Below are positions 29,459-38,894 of a DNA stretch of 64,000 bases, in pieces (within the stretch, counting starts at the first letter, position 1; each line of letters opens with the position of its first letter). Below the pieces are notes generated by a model that saw only the letters and a list, made by a program, of their open reading frames with translations, was not told where the DNA came from and searched no databases. Where the stretch lies: contig DASYGK010000027.1 in the NCBI GenBank assembly GCA_035999905.1, positions 11,709-75,708 on the forward strand. The letters run 5' to 3'. Both the position numbers and the translations under genes were made by a program. The DNA is from Gaiellaceae bacterium (GTDB lineage: Bacteria > Actinomycetota > Thermoleophilia > Gaiellales > Gaiellaceae).

Positions 29459-31221
29459 GCCGCCACCACCTCGTCGCCGAAGAGCTCGGCGAAGATCCCG
29501 TTCGCGCGCAGCAGCTCGCGCGGCGTGCCGGACTCGACGATCTTCCCCTCGTGGAGGACGACCGCGCGGTCGGCGAGCTCGACCGTCGAGAGCCGCTGCG
29601 TCGCGACGAGCACCGTCTTCCCGGCGAGCGCGGGCCGCAGGCGCTTGACGAGCCGCCGCTCGGTCAGCGTGTCGACGGCCGAGAGCGGGTCGTCGAGCAC
29701 CATCACGCGCGCACCGGTCACGAGCGCGCGTGCGAGCGCGACCCGCTGGCGCTGGCCGCCCGAGAGGTTGACGCCGCGCTCGCCGATCAGCGTGTCGTAG
29801 CCGTCCGGAAGCTCGTCCACGAACGCGTCGACCCCGGCTGCGGTGCATGCTGCGAGCACGTCGTCCCAGCTCGCGTCCTCGCGCCCGGCGGTGAGATTCT
29901 CCCGGAGCAGAACCGAGAAGAGCACGGGGCGCTGCGTCCCGACGGCGACGTCCGAACGCAGCCTCGCGATCGGGATGTCGCGCGTATCGACGCCGCCGAC
30001 GAGCACGCGCCCGCCGGTCGGGTCGTAGAAGCGCGGCAGGAGGCTGAGCAGCGACGTCTTGCCCGTGCCGGTCGCACCGCAGACGGCGACGATCTCGCCG
30101 GGCGCGAGCTCGAGGTCGAGCCCTGCGAGCACGTCCTCCTCGCCGCCGTAGGCGAACCGCACCGCTTCGAACCGGACGCCCAGCGGCCCGGGTGGCAGCG
30201 GCTTCGGCGCCGCCGGCTCCGGCAGCGGCGCGATCCCCTCGAGCCAGGCGAAGCTGCGGCCGGCCGACGCGAGTGCGCGCTGCGCGAGGTTCGTGATCCA
30301 GCCGAGCGCCTCGAGCGGCCAGACGAGCTGGAGGAGCAGCGTCTCGAAGAGCACGAACTGCCCGATCGAGAGATGGCCGGCGATCACCTGGCGACCGCCG
30401 AAGAAGACGACCGCGGCGATCGAGAGCGACGGGAGGTAGTAGAGCCCCGGGAGATGACGCGCCTCGACGCCCGCCTGGCGAAGCACCGTCGAGCGCACGG
30501 CCTCCGCGCGGTCGCCGAAGCGGCCGCGCACGTCCTCCTCGCGCCCGAACGCCTGCACCATCTCGATGCCGACGACCGCCTCGTCCGCGGCCTCCGTCAC
30601 GTCGCCCTTGCGTTCCTGCACCTGTCGCGACAGCGGCGACACGCGTCGCGCGAAGCGCAGCGCGAGCACCGTGATCGGCGGCATCGCGACCGCGGTGTAG
30701 AGGGCGAGCCGCGGATTGACGATCACGAGCACGATCCCGGCGGCGACGATCATCAGCATGCTCTGGATCCCCTGGATCAGCCCCCAGCCGATGAAGTAGC
30801 GGATGGGGTAGAGGTCGTTCGTCGCGCGCGAGAGCACCTGCCCGGTCGCGTGACGGTCGTAGAACGCGCGCGGATAGCGCAGGTACGCCTGATACAGGAG
30901 CTCGCGCATGCGCGCCTCGATGCGGATGCCGATGCGCGCGGTCGCGTAGCGTCGCGAGAAGTTGATCGCGAAACGCAGCGAGGCGAGTGCGAGGATCGCG
31001 GCGAGATACGGCCACAACGGCTTCGAGTGGCGGACGACGGCATGGTCGATCGCCTGCTGCGTCAGCAGCGGGATCGCGATCGAGATCAGCGTGTAACAGA
31101 ACGCGAACGCGATGCCGAGCGCGCCCAGCCGCCACTCCCTCCGCCAGAGGCGGAGCAGCCTGCGGAACGTCGGCAGCAGGCCGAGGTCGGGCGGATCGAC
31201 GGGGTTCGCGTATTCGGGCAT
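29455..31221 (-). CDS. ABC exporter, fused TMD-NBD half transporter, subunit 1
   Basis: Walker A GATGTGKTS, signature LSGGQRQRVA, Walker B MVLDDPLS. The ORF extends to 31299. ATG 31221 (MPEYANPVD...) is an equally plausible start. Confidence 0.9.
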   Translation of the reverse strand: MPEYANPVDPPDLGLLPTFRRLLRLWRREWRLGALGIAFAFCYTLISIAIPLLTQQAIDHAVVRHSKPLWPYLAAILALASLRFAINFSRRYATARIGIRIEARMRELLYQAYLRYPRAFYDRHATGQVLSRATNDLYPIRYFIGWGLIQGIQSMLMIVAAGIVLVIVNPRLALYTAVAMPPITVLALRFARRVSPLSRQVQERKGDVTEAADEAVVGIEMVQAFGREEDVRGRFGDRAEAVRSTVLRQAGVEARHLPGLYYLPSLSIAAVVFFGGRQVIAGHLSIGQFVLFETLLLQLVWPLEALGWITNLAQRALASAGRSFAWLEGIAPLPEPAAPKPLPPGPLGVRFEAVRFAYGGEEDVLAGLDLELAPGEIVAVCGATGTGKTSLLSLLPRFYDPTGGRVLVGGVDTRDIPIARLRSDVAVGTQRPVLFSVLLRENLTAGREDASWDDVLAACTAAGVDAFVDELPDGYDTLIGERGVNLSGGQRQRVALARALVTGARVMVLDDPLSAVDTLTERRLVKRLRPALAGKTVLVATQRLSTVELADRAVVLHEGKIVESGTPRELLRANGIFAELFGDEVVAA

Positions 31222-31320
31222 GACAAGGCGGGCCGCCCGGCAGACGCCTTCTCCCGTCGCGGGCAGCCGTTCGACCTTAGCAAGCGCCCTACGCTTCAAA
31301 GAGCGCAGCGCGGACGCGCG

Positions 31321-32265
31321 TCAGCGGCGGGTGCGTGCGCGCGCGAGGGCGGCGAGGCCGTCGCTGAAGCTCGGTGGAGCAAGCGGAGGCGCGAGCGACT
31401 CGCGCACGTCCGCGACTTCGCGGCGGCGCAGCGCACGCTCGCGCTCGAGCAGCGCGTTCCGGTCGGCGTCGATTCCCTGCCGCACGATCGCGAGCTCTCG
31501 CTCCCGCGCGTCGAGCCTGGCCTCGAGCTGCTCGAGCTCGCTCTCGCGCTCCGGAGCCGGCGTCTCCTGCGGCGCCTCCGGTGCGGCGACGTGCGCGGCG
31601 CGCGCATCGAGCTCCCGCGCGCGGGCGTCGAGCCGTTTGCGCTCGCGCTCGAGCTCGATGCGCGCCGCCGCGAGCTGCTTCTCGACCTCGTGGACGGCCA
31701 GGTCGCGCTCCTCGAGCCGCTCGCGTTCCGCGGCTGCGAGCTCGCGCTCGGAGTCCGTCTCGCCGAGCCGCGCCTCCGCGTCGGCGAGTGCGTCGAGCAG
31801 CTCGCGTTCCCGCGCAGCGAGACGCGCCTTCTCCGCCTCGAGCTCGGCGGCATGCTCGCGCGCTGCCCGTTCGCGCTCGTCGAGCGACCGCGCGCGCTCG
31901 AGCGCAGCACGCTCCCGCGCCGAGATCACTCCTTCGTCGACGGGCTCGGCACGCTTCGGCCGCAGGTCGCCGATGCGCGCGCGAAGCGCCGGACGCGGGC
32001 GCTCGACCTCGCGCTCCCGGCGGTCGAGCTCGCGCTCGCGCGCCGCGACCGCTTCCGCCCGCTCACGGAGCGACCGCTTCAGCTGCTCGAGCTCCTCGTG
32101 TGCCGCCGTCTGCTCCGCTTCCCGCCGGGAGGCGAGGTCGCGGGCCAGCCGGAGGAGTTCCGCCCGGTCGAGGTCGGTGTCCGTCTCGTCCGCGCCGGCC
32201 GGGGCCGGAGGTGTCCAGGTGTCGAAGCTCTCTTCCCAGCTGTCCATCGGGTGCACAGTCTGCAT
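31321..32265 (-). CDS. Glu/Arg/Ala-rich coiled-coil protein (hypothetical)
   Basis: 314 aa. There is a short acidic N-terminus, then about 250 aa of heptad-like ERxxLxxRE repeats. It is co-directional with, and immediately upstream of, the ABC exporter pair. Confidence 0.6.
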   Translation of the reverse strand: MQTVHPMDSWEESFDTWTPPAPAGADETDTDLDRAELLRLARDLASRREAEQTAAHEELEQLKRSLRERAEAVAARERELDRREREVERPRPALRARIGDLRPKRAEPVDEGVISARERAALERARSLDERERAAREHAAELEAEKARLAARERELLDALADAEARLGETDSERELAAAERERLEERDLAVHEVEKQLAAARIELERERKRLDARARELDARAAHVAAPEAPQETPAPERESELEQLEARLDARERELAIVRQGIDADRNALLERERALRRREVADVRESLAPPLAPPSFSDGLAALARARTRR

Positions 32266-32315
32266 GACCCGGGCGGGGGATGGAGCGGGCCGGCGGCCGA
32301 CCCGATCCTCAGGAC

Positions 32316-32483
32316 ATGGACCGCAAGATCTTGTGGATCTGCATGCTCGTGGGCTCGACGATCGGCGGCTACCTGCCGACGCTTGCCGGCTACAGCTCGT
32401 TCGGCGCCGTCTCGCTGATCGGCTCCGGCATCGGCGGCGTCGCCGGCGTGTTCGCCGCGGCCCGCATCGACGCCGCGCTCTGA
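32316..32483 (+). CDS. Small Gly-rich membrane protein (55 aa)
   Basis: MDRKILWICMLVGSTIGGYLPTLAGYSSFGAVSLIGSGIGGVAGVFAAARI gives two hydrophobic Gly-zipper-like helices. The track ORF starts at 32280. Confidence 0.45.
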   Translation: MDRKILWICMLVGSTIGGYLPTLAGYSSFGAVSLIGSGIGGVAGVFAAARIDAAL

Positions 32484-32498
32484 CCAGCTCTCGCCGCG

Positions 32499-34241
32499 CT
32501 ACAAGCTCGTCGGCAGTACGAGCTCGAAGCGTGCGCCGTGCGGCTCGGCGTCCCGATAGAAGAGATCGCCGCCGTGTGCACGCGCGTACGAGCGCGCGAT
32601 CGCCAGGCCGAGCCCGGTGCCGGTTGCGTTCCGGCGCGCGTCGTCGCTCCGTGCGAAGCGCTCGAACAGGTCCGGAACGAACTCGGGCGCCACGCCGCGG
32701 CCCTCGTCCTCCACCGTGAGGCGGAAGTGGCGGTCGCTCTGCGCCGCGCGCACCGTGATCGGCGTCTGCCCGTAACGGAACGCGTTCGTGACGAGATTCG
32801 AGAGGATCCGGTCGAGGGCGTTCCTGTCGATGATCGTGACCGCGTCGTCGGCGACGTCGATCACGACCGATCCCGGGTCGGACGCAGACGCGGCGACGAT
32901 CGATTCGACCTGCGTGCGCACGTGCAGCGGCTCGGGCATGATCTCGATCGCGTCGGCGTCGAGGCGCGAGAGATCGAGCAGCTGCTCGACGAGATTCGCC
33001 ATTCGCTGCGTCTGCTGGAGGAGCGCTACACGCACCTCCTCCTTCTTCTGCTCGTCGAGGCGGTCGGAGAGGTGGTGGAGCGTCGTCACGAACCCGTGGA
33101 TCGTCGTCATCGGCGTCCGCAGCTCATGCGCGGCGAGCGCGACGAAGTTCGACTTCACCTCGTTCGCACGCTCGAGGGCGACCCTGGACTCGTGCTCCGC
33201 CTGGAAGAGACGGACGCGGTCGAGTGCGAGGCCCGTGAGCGCGCCGAGCGTGCGCAGCGCCGCGAGCTCCTCTTCGCCGAAGAACGGCGCGTACGGAGAC
33301 GTCCAGACGACGAGGCTCCCACCGGGCACCTCGAGGTCGACGATCTCCGCGTCGTCCCAGAGCTGCGGCGGCTCCTCGCCGTCGGCGAGGCCGCGCCAGG
33401 AGCTGTCCGGCACGTTCCACGCCGCGACGACCCTGCCCTCGGCGTTGCGGATCGCGATCGCGCGCGCGCCGACGATCGCTGCGGCGGGCTCGAGCACGCG
33501 CGCAGCGACCTCCTCCTGTGAGGCCGCGAAGCTCAGCAGGCTCGCGATCGCCTGCTGCGTTCGCGCCTGCTCCGGCGCACGCCACGACATGCGGATCATC
33601 GCCGGCGGCGCGAAGCCGAGGAGGAACGCAGCGGCGCTCAGCAGGCCGAGGATGCCCGTGCCGAGCGCGAGTGCGGAGTACTGGTTCGTGTTGAAGACGG
33701 CGAGCAGAAGCGCGAGCACGAGGCCGCCCGATGCGATCGCGAGAAGCTGCATGCGCCGCCGTGCCACCGTCGGCTGTGCGCTGCCCGCCCGCCAGAGCCG
33801 GACCGCGGACACCGTCGAGAGCACCGCCCAGTGCACCATGAAGACGGCGATGTAGGCGAAGAGCCACCACGGCCGCTTCTCGCCCGGCTGCGGAAGGCTC
33901 GGAAGCGCGAAGGTCCAGACGACGAGCACGACGGTGAGGGAGACGAGCAGGTCGGCGAGCCTGCGCCCGGGCCGCCGGAAGGCGCCGGTGAAGCGGAAGA
34001 GGAGGTAGGGGAAGAGGACGAGGAGCGCGATGTCCACGCGCCCAACCGCGCGTTCGGGGAGGTTCCCCGGATGATTCGGGACCAGGCTGAGGAGCTCGAG
34101 GAGGCCGAGCGAGCCGAACGTCGCGGCGGCCCACATCGACGCCCGGTCCCGGCGACGGCGCCACGACATGAGCCCGACGACGCCGAGCGCGGTGTAGCCG
34201 ACGAGATTGACGTACCGAACGGCAAGGACTGCCGCATGCAT
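32499..34241 (-). CDS. Sensor histidine kinase (multi-TM N-terminal domain, GAF-like, HisKA, HATPase_c)
   Basis: 580 aa with about 7 N-terminal TM segments, H-box AAHELRTPMTTIHGF, N-box LSNLVTNAFRYG and G-boxes EDEGRGV / GTGLGLAIA. No response regulator gene is adjacent. Confidence 0.85.
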   Translation of the reverse strand: MHAAVLAVRYVNLVGYTALGVVGLMSWRRRRDRASMWAAATFGSLGLLELLSLVPNHPGNLPERAVGRVDIALLVLFPYLLFRFTGAFRRPGRRLADLLVSLTVVLVVWTFALPSLPQPGEKRPWWLFAYIAVFMVHWAVLSTVSAVRLWRAGSAQPTVARRRMQLLAIASGGLVLALLLAVFNTNQYSALALGTGILGLLSAAAFLLGFAPPAMIRMSWRAPEQARTQQAIASLLSFAASQEEVAARVLEPAAAIVGARAIAIRNAEGRVVAAWNVPDSSWRGLADGEEPPQLWDDAEIVDLEVPGGSLVVWTSPYAPFFGEEELAALRTLGALTGLALDRVRLFQAEHESRVALERANEVKSNFVALAAHELRTPMTTIHGFVTTLHHLSDRLDEQKKEEVRVALLQQTQRMANLVEQLLDLSRLDADAIEIMPEPLHVRTQVESIVAASASDPGSVVIDVADDAVTIIDRNALDRILSNLVTNAFRYGQTPITVRAAQSDRHFRLTVEDEGRGVAPEFVPDLFERFARSDDARRNATGTGLGLAIARSYARAHGGDLFYRDAEPHGARFELVLPTSL

Positions 34242-34324
34242 GCCGCTTCCCCCGAGACGAAGGCGTCGAACTCTACGTGGACAACGTACGAGGCCGCGGC
34301 CCGATTACCTGCGCCTGCCTCCGG

Positions 34325-35503
34325 TCAAACGTGCTCGAGACCGACGTAGTTCTCCGCGAGGCTCGTCGCGGCGGCGGTCGAGGTGGTGACGTACCGGAGC
34401 TGTGCGAGCTGGAGCTTCAGGTCGAACGCGTCGGCGTCCGGTGCGTTGTGGAGCATCGTCGTCATCCAGAAGGAGAAATGCTCGGCACGCCACACGCGGC
34501 GCAGACACGCCGCCGAATAGCCGTCGAGCCCGGCGGTGCTGCCGCGGTCGTACCACTCGATCAGCGCGTCGGCGAGCACACGGACGTCGTGCTCGGCGAG
34601 GTTCAGGCCCTTCGCACCGGTCGGAGGGACGATGTGCGCGGCGTCGCCTGCGAGGTAGAGGCGCCCGTGCTGCATCGGCTCGGCGACGAAGCTGCGCATG
34701 CCGGTGACGCTCTTCTCGAGCACGGGCCCTTCCGCGAGCGTCCAGCCGTCGAGGGCCGTGCGCGCCTGCAGCTCCTCCCAGATGCGGTCGTCAGGCCACT
34801 CATCGAGGTCCTCGTCGGGGCGGCACTGGATGTACAGGCGGCTGCGGGTCGGCGAGCGGAGGCTGAGCAGCGCGAATCCGCGCGGGTGGTGCGTGTATAC
34901 GAGCTCGTCGGAGGAGGGCGGGACGTCGGCGAGGATCCCGAGCCAGCCGAACGGGTACTCGCGCTCGAACGTGCGCAGCACCGCTTCGATCGCGGGGCGG
35001 CACACGCCGTGGAAGCCGTCGCAGCCGGCGATCACGTCGCAGTCGATGCGGTGCTCTTCGCCCTCGTGCTCGTAGGTCACGTGCGGGGCCTCGCTCTCGA
35101 GGTCGTGAACCTCGACGTGCGACGTCTCGAAATGCAGCGGCAGCCCGGCGGCGAGACGTGCGGCGATCAGATCCTTGACGACCTCCGTCTGCCCGTAGAC
35201 CACGATCGTCCGCCCGCCGGTGAGCTCGCTCATCGGGATGTAGTGCCGCTCCGAGTCGAACTGAAGATGGATGCCGTGATGGACGATCCCCTCGCGCTGC
35301 AGCCGGTCGGCGACTCCCGCGCGCTCGAGCAGGTCGACCGTGCCCTGTTCGAGCACGCCCGCGCGGACGCGCGCCTCGACGTAGTCCCGGCTGCGATCCT
35401 CGAGCACGACGGCCTCGATGCCGGCGACGTGCAACAGTTGCGCGAGCGTCAGGCCCGCAGGACCGGCGCCGACGATCGCGACCTGCGTCCGGGTTCGGCT
35501 CAC
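34325..35503 (-). CDS. pobA: 4-hydroxybenzoate 3-monooxygenase
   Basis: 392-aa tail of track ORF 34325..35740, from GTG 35503. It has the FAD fingerprint VAIVGAGPAGL, plus GCDGFHG and LAGDAAHIVPPTGAKGLN blocks typical of PobA. The start overlaps the pcaC stop by 4 nt. Confidence 0.9.
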   Translation of the reverse strand: MSRTRTQVAIVGAGPAGLTLAQLLHVAGIEAVVLEDRSRDYVEARVRAGVLEQGTVDLLERAGVADRLQREGIVHHGIHLQFDSERHYIPMSELTGGRTIVVYGQTEVVKDLIAARLAAGLPLHFETSHVEVHDLESEAPHVTYEHEGEEHRIDCDVIAGCDGFHGVCRPAIEAVLRTFEREYPFGWLGILADVPPSSDELVYTHHPRGFALLSLRSPTRSRLYIQCRPDEDLDEWPDDRIWEELQARTALDGWTLAEGPVLEKSVTGMRSFVAEPMQHGRLYLAGDAAHIVPPTGAKGLNLAEHDVRVLADALIEWYDRGSTAGLDGYSAACLRRVWRAEHFSFWMTTMLHNAPDADAFDLKLQLAQLRYVTTSTAAATSLAENYVGLEHV

Positions 35504-35862
35504 GACTCGGCGAGAACCTGCTGCGCGATCGCGAACGCGCGATTGGCGGCCGGCACGCCGCAGTAGATCGCCGCGTGCAGCAGGACCTCTTTGATCTCGT
35601 CCGGGGTCAGTCCGTTTCGGAGCGCTGCGCGCACGTGCATCGCGAGCTCTTCGTGATGGTTGAGTGCGACGAGCGCCGTGAGCGTGACCGCGCTGCGCGT
35701 CTTGCGGTCGAGGCCGGGCCGCGACCAGATCTCGCCCCACGCGTACCGGGTGATCAGATCCTGAAAGTCGGCGGTGAACTCGGTCGTGCCCGCGACGGCG
35801 CGGTCGACGTGCTCGTCGCCGAGCACCTCGCGGCGTACTTGCATTCCCTCGTCGTGGCTCAC
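35500..35862 (-). CDS. pcaC: 4-carboxymuconolactone decarboxylase
   Basis: 120-aa tail of track ORF 35500..37131. It shows the CMD-family pattern (ITRYAWGEIWSRPGLD.KTRS..TL..L......EL..H...AL.NG.T..EI.E.LLH.A.YCG.PAA). Confidence 0.88.
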   Translation of the reverse strand: MSHDEGMQVRREVLGDEHVDRAVAGTTEFTADFQDLITRYAWGEIWSRPGLDRKTRSAVTLTALVALNHHEELAMHVRAALRNGLTPDEIKEVLLHAAIYCGVPAANRAFAIAQQVLAES

Positions 35863-36545
35863 AGATGCTCCTTCAGGAGTTGGTTGAAGGCGTCGGGACG
35901 CTCGACGTTGGCGAGATGTGCAGCGACGTCGATCACCTCGTGCCGTGCGCCGGGGATGCGCGACGCGATCGCGGCGCCCGTGGCGGGCGGCGTCGTGGGG
36001 TCCTCGGCACCCGAGATCACGAGGGTCGGCACGGAGATCGCGGCGAGCTTCGCCTCGACGTCGAAGCGCGCGAGCAGCTCGCAGCAGCGTGCGTACCCCT
36101 CGGGGTCGATCGACAGCATCATCGCGCGGTAGCGCTCGACGTCGTCGAACGCGGGAGTGAACCAGCGCGGCAGGACCAGGTCGGCGACCGGCGCGAGGCC
36201 GCGGGCTCGTACCGTCGCTGCGCGCTCTTCCCAGCCCGCGGGCTCGCCGAAGCGCGGCGCGGTGCATGCGAGCACGAGCCTGTCGATCCGCTCGGGCGCG
36301 TCGAGCGCGAGCCGCATGCCGACGGCGCCGCCGAGCGACAGGCCGACGAAGGAGAACGTGTCGGCGTCGACCGTCTCGAGGACGTGTGCGGCGAGGTCGT
36401 CGACCGACTGCGCGTCCGACACGGGTGCGCCGCCGTGTCCGGGATGCTCGACGGCGATCACCTCGTGCTCCCGGAGTGCCGGAAGCTGCGGGTCCCACAT
36501 CGCCGCGGTCGAGCCGAGCGAGCCGCTGAGGACGACGGTGCTCAC
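35859..36545 (-). CDS. pcaD: 3-oxoadipate enol-lactonase (alpha/beta hydrolase)
   Basis: 228-aa tail of track ORF 35859..36815, from GTG 36545. It has the nucleophile elbow GLSLGG, and its position between pcaB and pcaC fits the call. Confidence 0.85.
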   Translation of the reverse strand: MSTVVLSGSLGSTAAMWDPQLPALREHEVIAVEHPGHGGAPVSDAQSVDDLAAHVLETVDADTFSFVGLSLGGAVGMRLALDAPERIDRLVLACTAPRFGEPAGWEERAATVRARGLAPVADLVLPRWFTPAFDDVERYRAMMLSIDPEGYARCCELLARFDVEAKLAAISVPTLVISGAEDPTTPPATGAAIASRIPGARHEVIDVAAHLANVERPDAFNQLLKEHL

Positions 36546-37702
36546 CCGCGGTAGAGCGCGAGCGCGCGGTCGACGAAGATGCCTGTTGCGCCGAGATAGT
36601 CGTCCGGCCCGGCGACCTCGACGCCGAGTCGGCGTGCCTCCGACAGCGTCTCGTCGGAGACGTTCGTGCGCATGCGGCCGGCATCGACCTGGAGCCCGTC
36701 GAGCGAGCGGCGGATCGCGGCCGCGGCCCCGCCTGCCGCCGCGAGCGCCGTCGAGAGCGCATGCCACTCGGCATGCCACGCGCCGGCCGCGCGCTCGTGC
36801 TCCTGCACGGCGCACTCATAGAGCAGCGCCGCGTTCGCTCGGGCGTGCCGCGCGCAGGCGTCCGCGAGGATCGCGTTCGTCGGGTTGCGCTTGTGCGGCA
36901 TCGTCGACGACGCGCCGCCGGCGGCTTCCCGCACCTCGCCGATCTCCGTCTGCGCGAGCAGGACGATGTCGCGGCCGATCTTCGCGGCCGCGCCGGCGGC
37001 GGCGGCGAGCGCGCCCGCGAGATCGGTGAGAGGCGTGCGGCGCGTGTGCCACGGCAGCGCCGGCTCCTGCAGGCCGAGTGCCTCTGCGTAGAGGCGGAGC
37101 ACCTCGGGGCCGTCGGCGCCGAGCGCCGCAAGCGTCCCGGCCGCGCCGCCGAGCTGCGCCGGAAGCACGACCGCGCGGAGCCGCGTGCGCGCGTCGAGCA
37201 CGCCGACGAGCCAGCCTGCCGCCTTGTACCCGAACGTCGTCGGCACCGCCTGCTGCAGGAGCGTGCGCGCCGCCATCACCGTTCCGCGATGGGCGTCCGC
37301 GAGGCCCGCGCACGCGGCGGCCGCGCCGTCGAGCTCCGCGTCGATCAGCACCAGCGCGCGCTTCGCCACGAGCATCGCCGCCGAGTCGAGGATGTCCTGG
37401 CTCGTCGCACCGTGATGGATGCAGCCGGCGTGCTCCTCGCTCACACCCGCGCGGAGGGCGCGCACGAGCGGCTCGACCGGATTGCCGGCGGAGCGGCCGT
37501 CGCGCGCGAGCTCCCCGGCGTCGTAGCCGCCGGCGTCGAGCGCGGCTGCGACGGCGGCCGCGGCGCCGGCGGGGAGGATCCCCGCGCGCTCCTCGGCGTC
37601 GACGAGCGCGCGCTCCGCGTCGAGCAGCGCTTCGAGCCACGCCCGGTCGGAGAGCGCGGCCGCGAGCTCGTCGGGGACGAAGATCGCCGTGAACGGGCTC
37701 AC
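36542..37702 (-). CDS. pcaB: 3-carboxy-cis,cis-muconate cycloisomerase
   Basis: 386 aa. It carries the fumarate-lyase superfamily signature SSTMPHKRNP and sits in pca operon context. Confidence 0.88.
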   Translation of the reverse strand: MSPFTAIFVPDELAAALSDRAWLEALLDAERALVDAEERAGILPAGAAAAVAAALDAGGYDAGELARDGRSAGNPVEPLVRALRAGVSEEHAGCIHHGATSQDILDSAAMLVAKRALVLIDAELDGAAAACAGLADAHRGTVMAARTLLQQAVPTTFGYKAAGWLVGVLDARTRLRAVVLPAQLGGAAGTLAALGADGPEVLRLYAEALGLQEPALPWHTRRTPLTDLAGALAAAAGAAAKIGRDIVLLAQTEIGEVREAAGGASSTMPHKRNPTNAILADACARHARANAALLYECAVQEHERAAGAWHAEWHALSTALAAAGGAAAAIRRSLDGLQVDAGRMRTNVSDETLSEARRLGVEVAGPDDYLGATGIFVDRALALYRG

Positions 37703-38178
37703 GTGGAGAAGAAGACCGTCTCGTGCAGGCCCTGCATGTGGATGTCGAAGCGCAAGGCCCCATCATCACGCTCCGCGACGAGCAGCGCACGATCTGCCTC
37801 GTCGAGCCCCGCGAGCACGGGGTCGGCCGCGTTCGCGTCCGCCTCGTCGGGGAAGTAGACGCGCGTGCGCTGGTGCTTCAGGAGGCCGCGCGCGAAGACG
37901 TAGACGTCGAGATGCGGCGCCTCGCCGGCCGGCGCCGCCGGCTTGGAGACGACGAACGTGAACTCCCCCGCCGGGTGCGTGCCGCAGCGTCCCCAGAGGC
38001 GCTCGACCGGCTGCCAGACCTCGATCATCCCGTCGACGATCGGCGCGCCGTCGCCGTCGAAGAGCGTGCCGCGCAGGACGATCGCCGCAGGGTCGCCCGC
38101 GGGGACGAGCTCGTTCTCGCTTCTGCGCGTGAGGCCGATCGAGTAGAAGGGGCCGACGGTCTGCGACGGCGTCTTCAC
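37699..38178 (-). CDS. pcaG: Protocatechuate 3,4-dioxygenase alpha subunit
   Basis: 159-aa tail of track ORF 37699..39147, from GTG 38178. TPSQTVGPFY N-terminus and intradiol dioxygenase fold blocks. Confidence 0.9.
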   Translation of the reverse strand: MKTPSQTVGPFYSIGLTRRSENELVPAGDPAAIVLRGTLFDGDGAPIVDGMIEVWQPVERLWGRCGTHPAGEFTFVVSKPAAPAGEAPHLDVYVFARGLLKHQRTRVYFPDEADANAADPVLAGLDEADRALLVAERDDGALRFDIHMQGLHETVFFST

Positions 38179-38894
38179 GACGACGGCTCCTCGACCGGTG
38201 TCGTGCCGCTGCCGCCGCGTCCGAGCACGATGTCCCAGCGATACGCGAGCGCCCACTCCGGCGTCGTCGTCGCGAGGTCGAACTGCGAGACGAGCAGCGC
38301 CCGCGCCTTCGGGTCGCGCACCGAATGGAAGATCGGATCGAACTCGAACAGCGGGTCGCCCGGGAAGTACATCTGCGTGACGACACGCTGCGTGAACGCG
38401 CGGCCGAAGACGGAGAAGTGGATGTGCGCGGGACGCCACGCGTTCTCGTGGTTGCCCCACGGATACGAGCCGGGCTTGATCGTGACGAAGCGGTAGCGGC
38501 CCTCCGCATCCGTGAGCACGCGGCCCGCGCCGGAGAAGTTGGGGTCGAGCGGCGCGGGGTGCTGGTCGACCTCGTGCCGGTAGCGGCCGCCGGCGTTCGC
38601 CTGCCACACCTCGACGAGCGTGCCGGGGATCGGCCGGCCGTCCTCGTCGACGACGCGGCCGCTGACGACGATCCGCTCGCCGAGCGGCTCGCCGTCGTGC
38701 TGCGCGGTGAGGTCGCCGTCGTGCTCCTCGAGCGCGTCCTCGCCGAAGACCGGGCCGTCGGGGGAGTGGAGCTCCTCGGGCAGCGTGACGAGCGGCCGCT
38801 TCGGCGCGCGCAGCCGCGTCGAGCGGTACCCCGGGTAGTCGACCTGGACCTCCGGGCCGAACGAGGGGTCGTCCGGCAGGACGATGTCGCTCAC
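38175..38894 (-). CDS. pcaH: Protocatechuate 3,4-dioxygenase beta subunit
   Basis: 239-aa tail of track ORF 38175..39698, from GTG 38894. Blocks include VEVWQANAGGRYRH, YRF.TIKPG.YPW and WRPAHIHFS (iron ligands). Confidence 0.9.
   Translation of the reverse strand: MSDIVLPDDPSFGPEVQVDYPGYRSTRLRAPKRPLVTLPEELHSPDGPVFGEDALEEHDGDLTAQHDGEPLGERIVVSGRVVDEDGRPIPGTLVEVWQANAGGRYRHEVDQHPAPLDPNFSGAGRVLTDAEGRYRFVTIKPGSYPWGNHENAWRPAHIHFSVFGRAFTQRVVTQMYFPGDPLFEFDPIFHSVRDPKARALLVSQFDLATTTPEWALAYRWDIVLGRGGSGTTPVEEPSS

Noticed and set aside
29551-32418. 955-aa plus-strand ORF (and the similar 46803..49658 +, 52402..54828 +, 55920..58418 +)
   Set aside because: They lie antisense or out of frame to well-supported genes (ABC exporter and coiled-coil; BFD and E1 beta; TIM and LigM; CoA ligase). 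Their composition is Arg/Glu/Asp/Ala-rich and they carry no motifs.
35500-36545. Fused pcaL (enol-lactonase/decarboxylase), as in many actinobacteria
   Set aside because: A TGA at 35859-35861 ends the lactonase frame, and a GTG at 35862 starts the decarboxylase in another frame. These are two separate, 4-nt-overlapping cistrons rather than a fusion, unless a sequencing frameshift is present.
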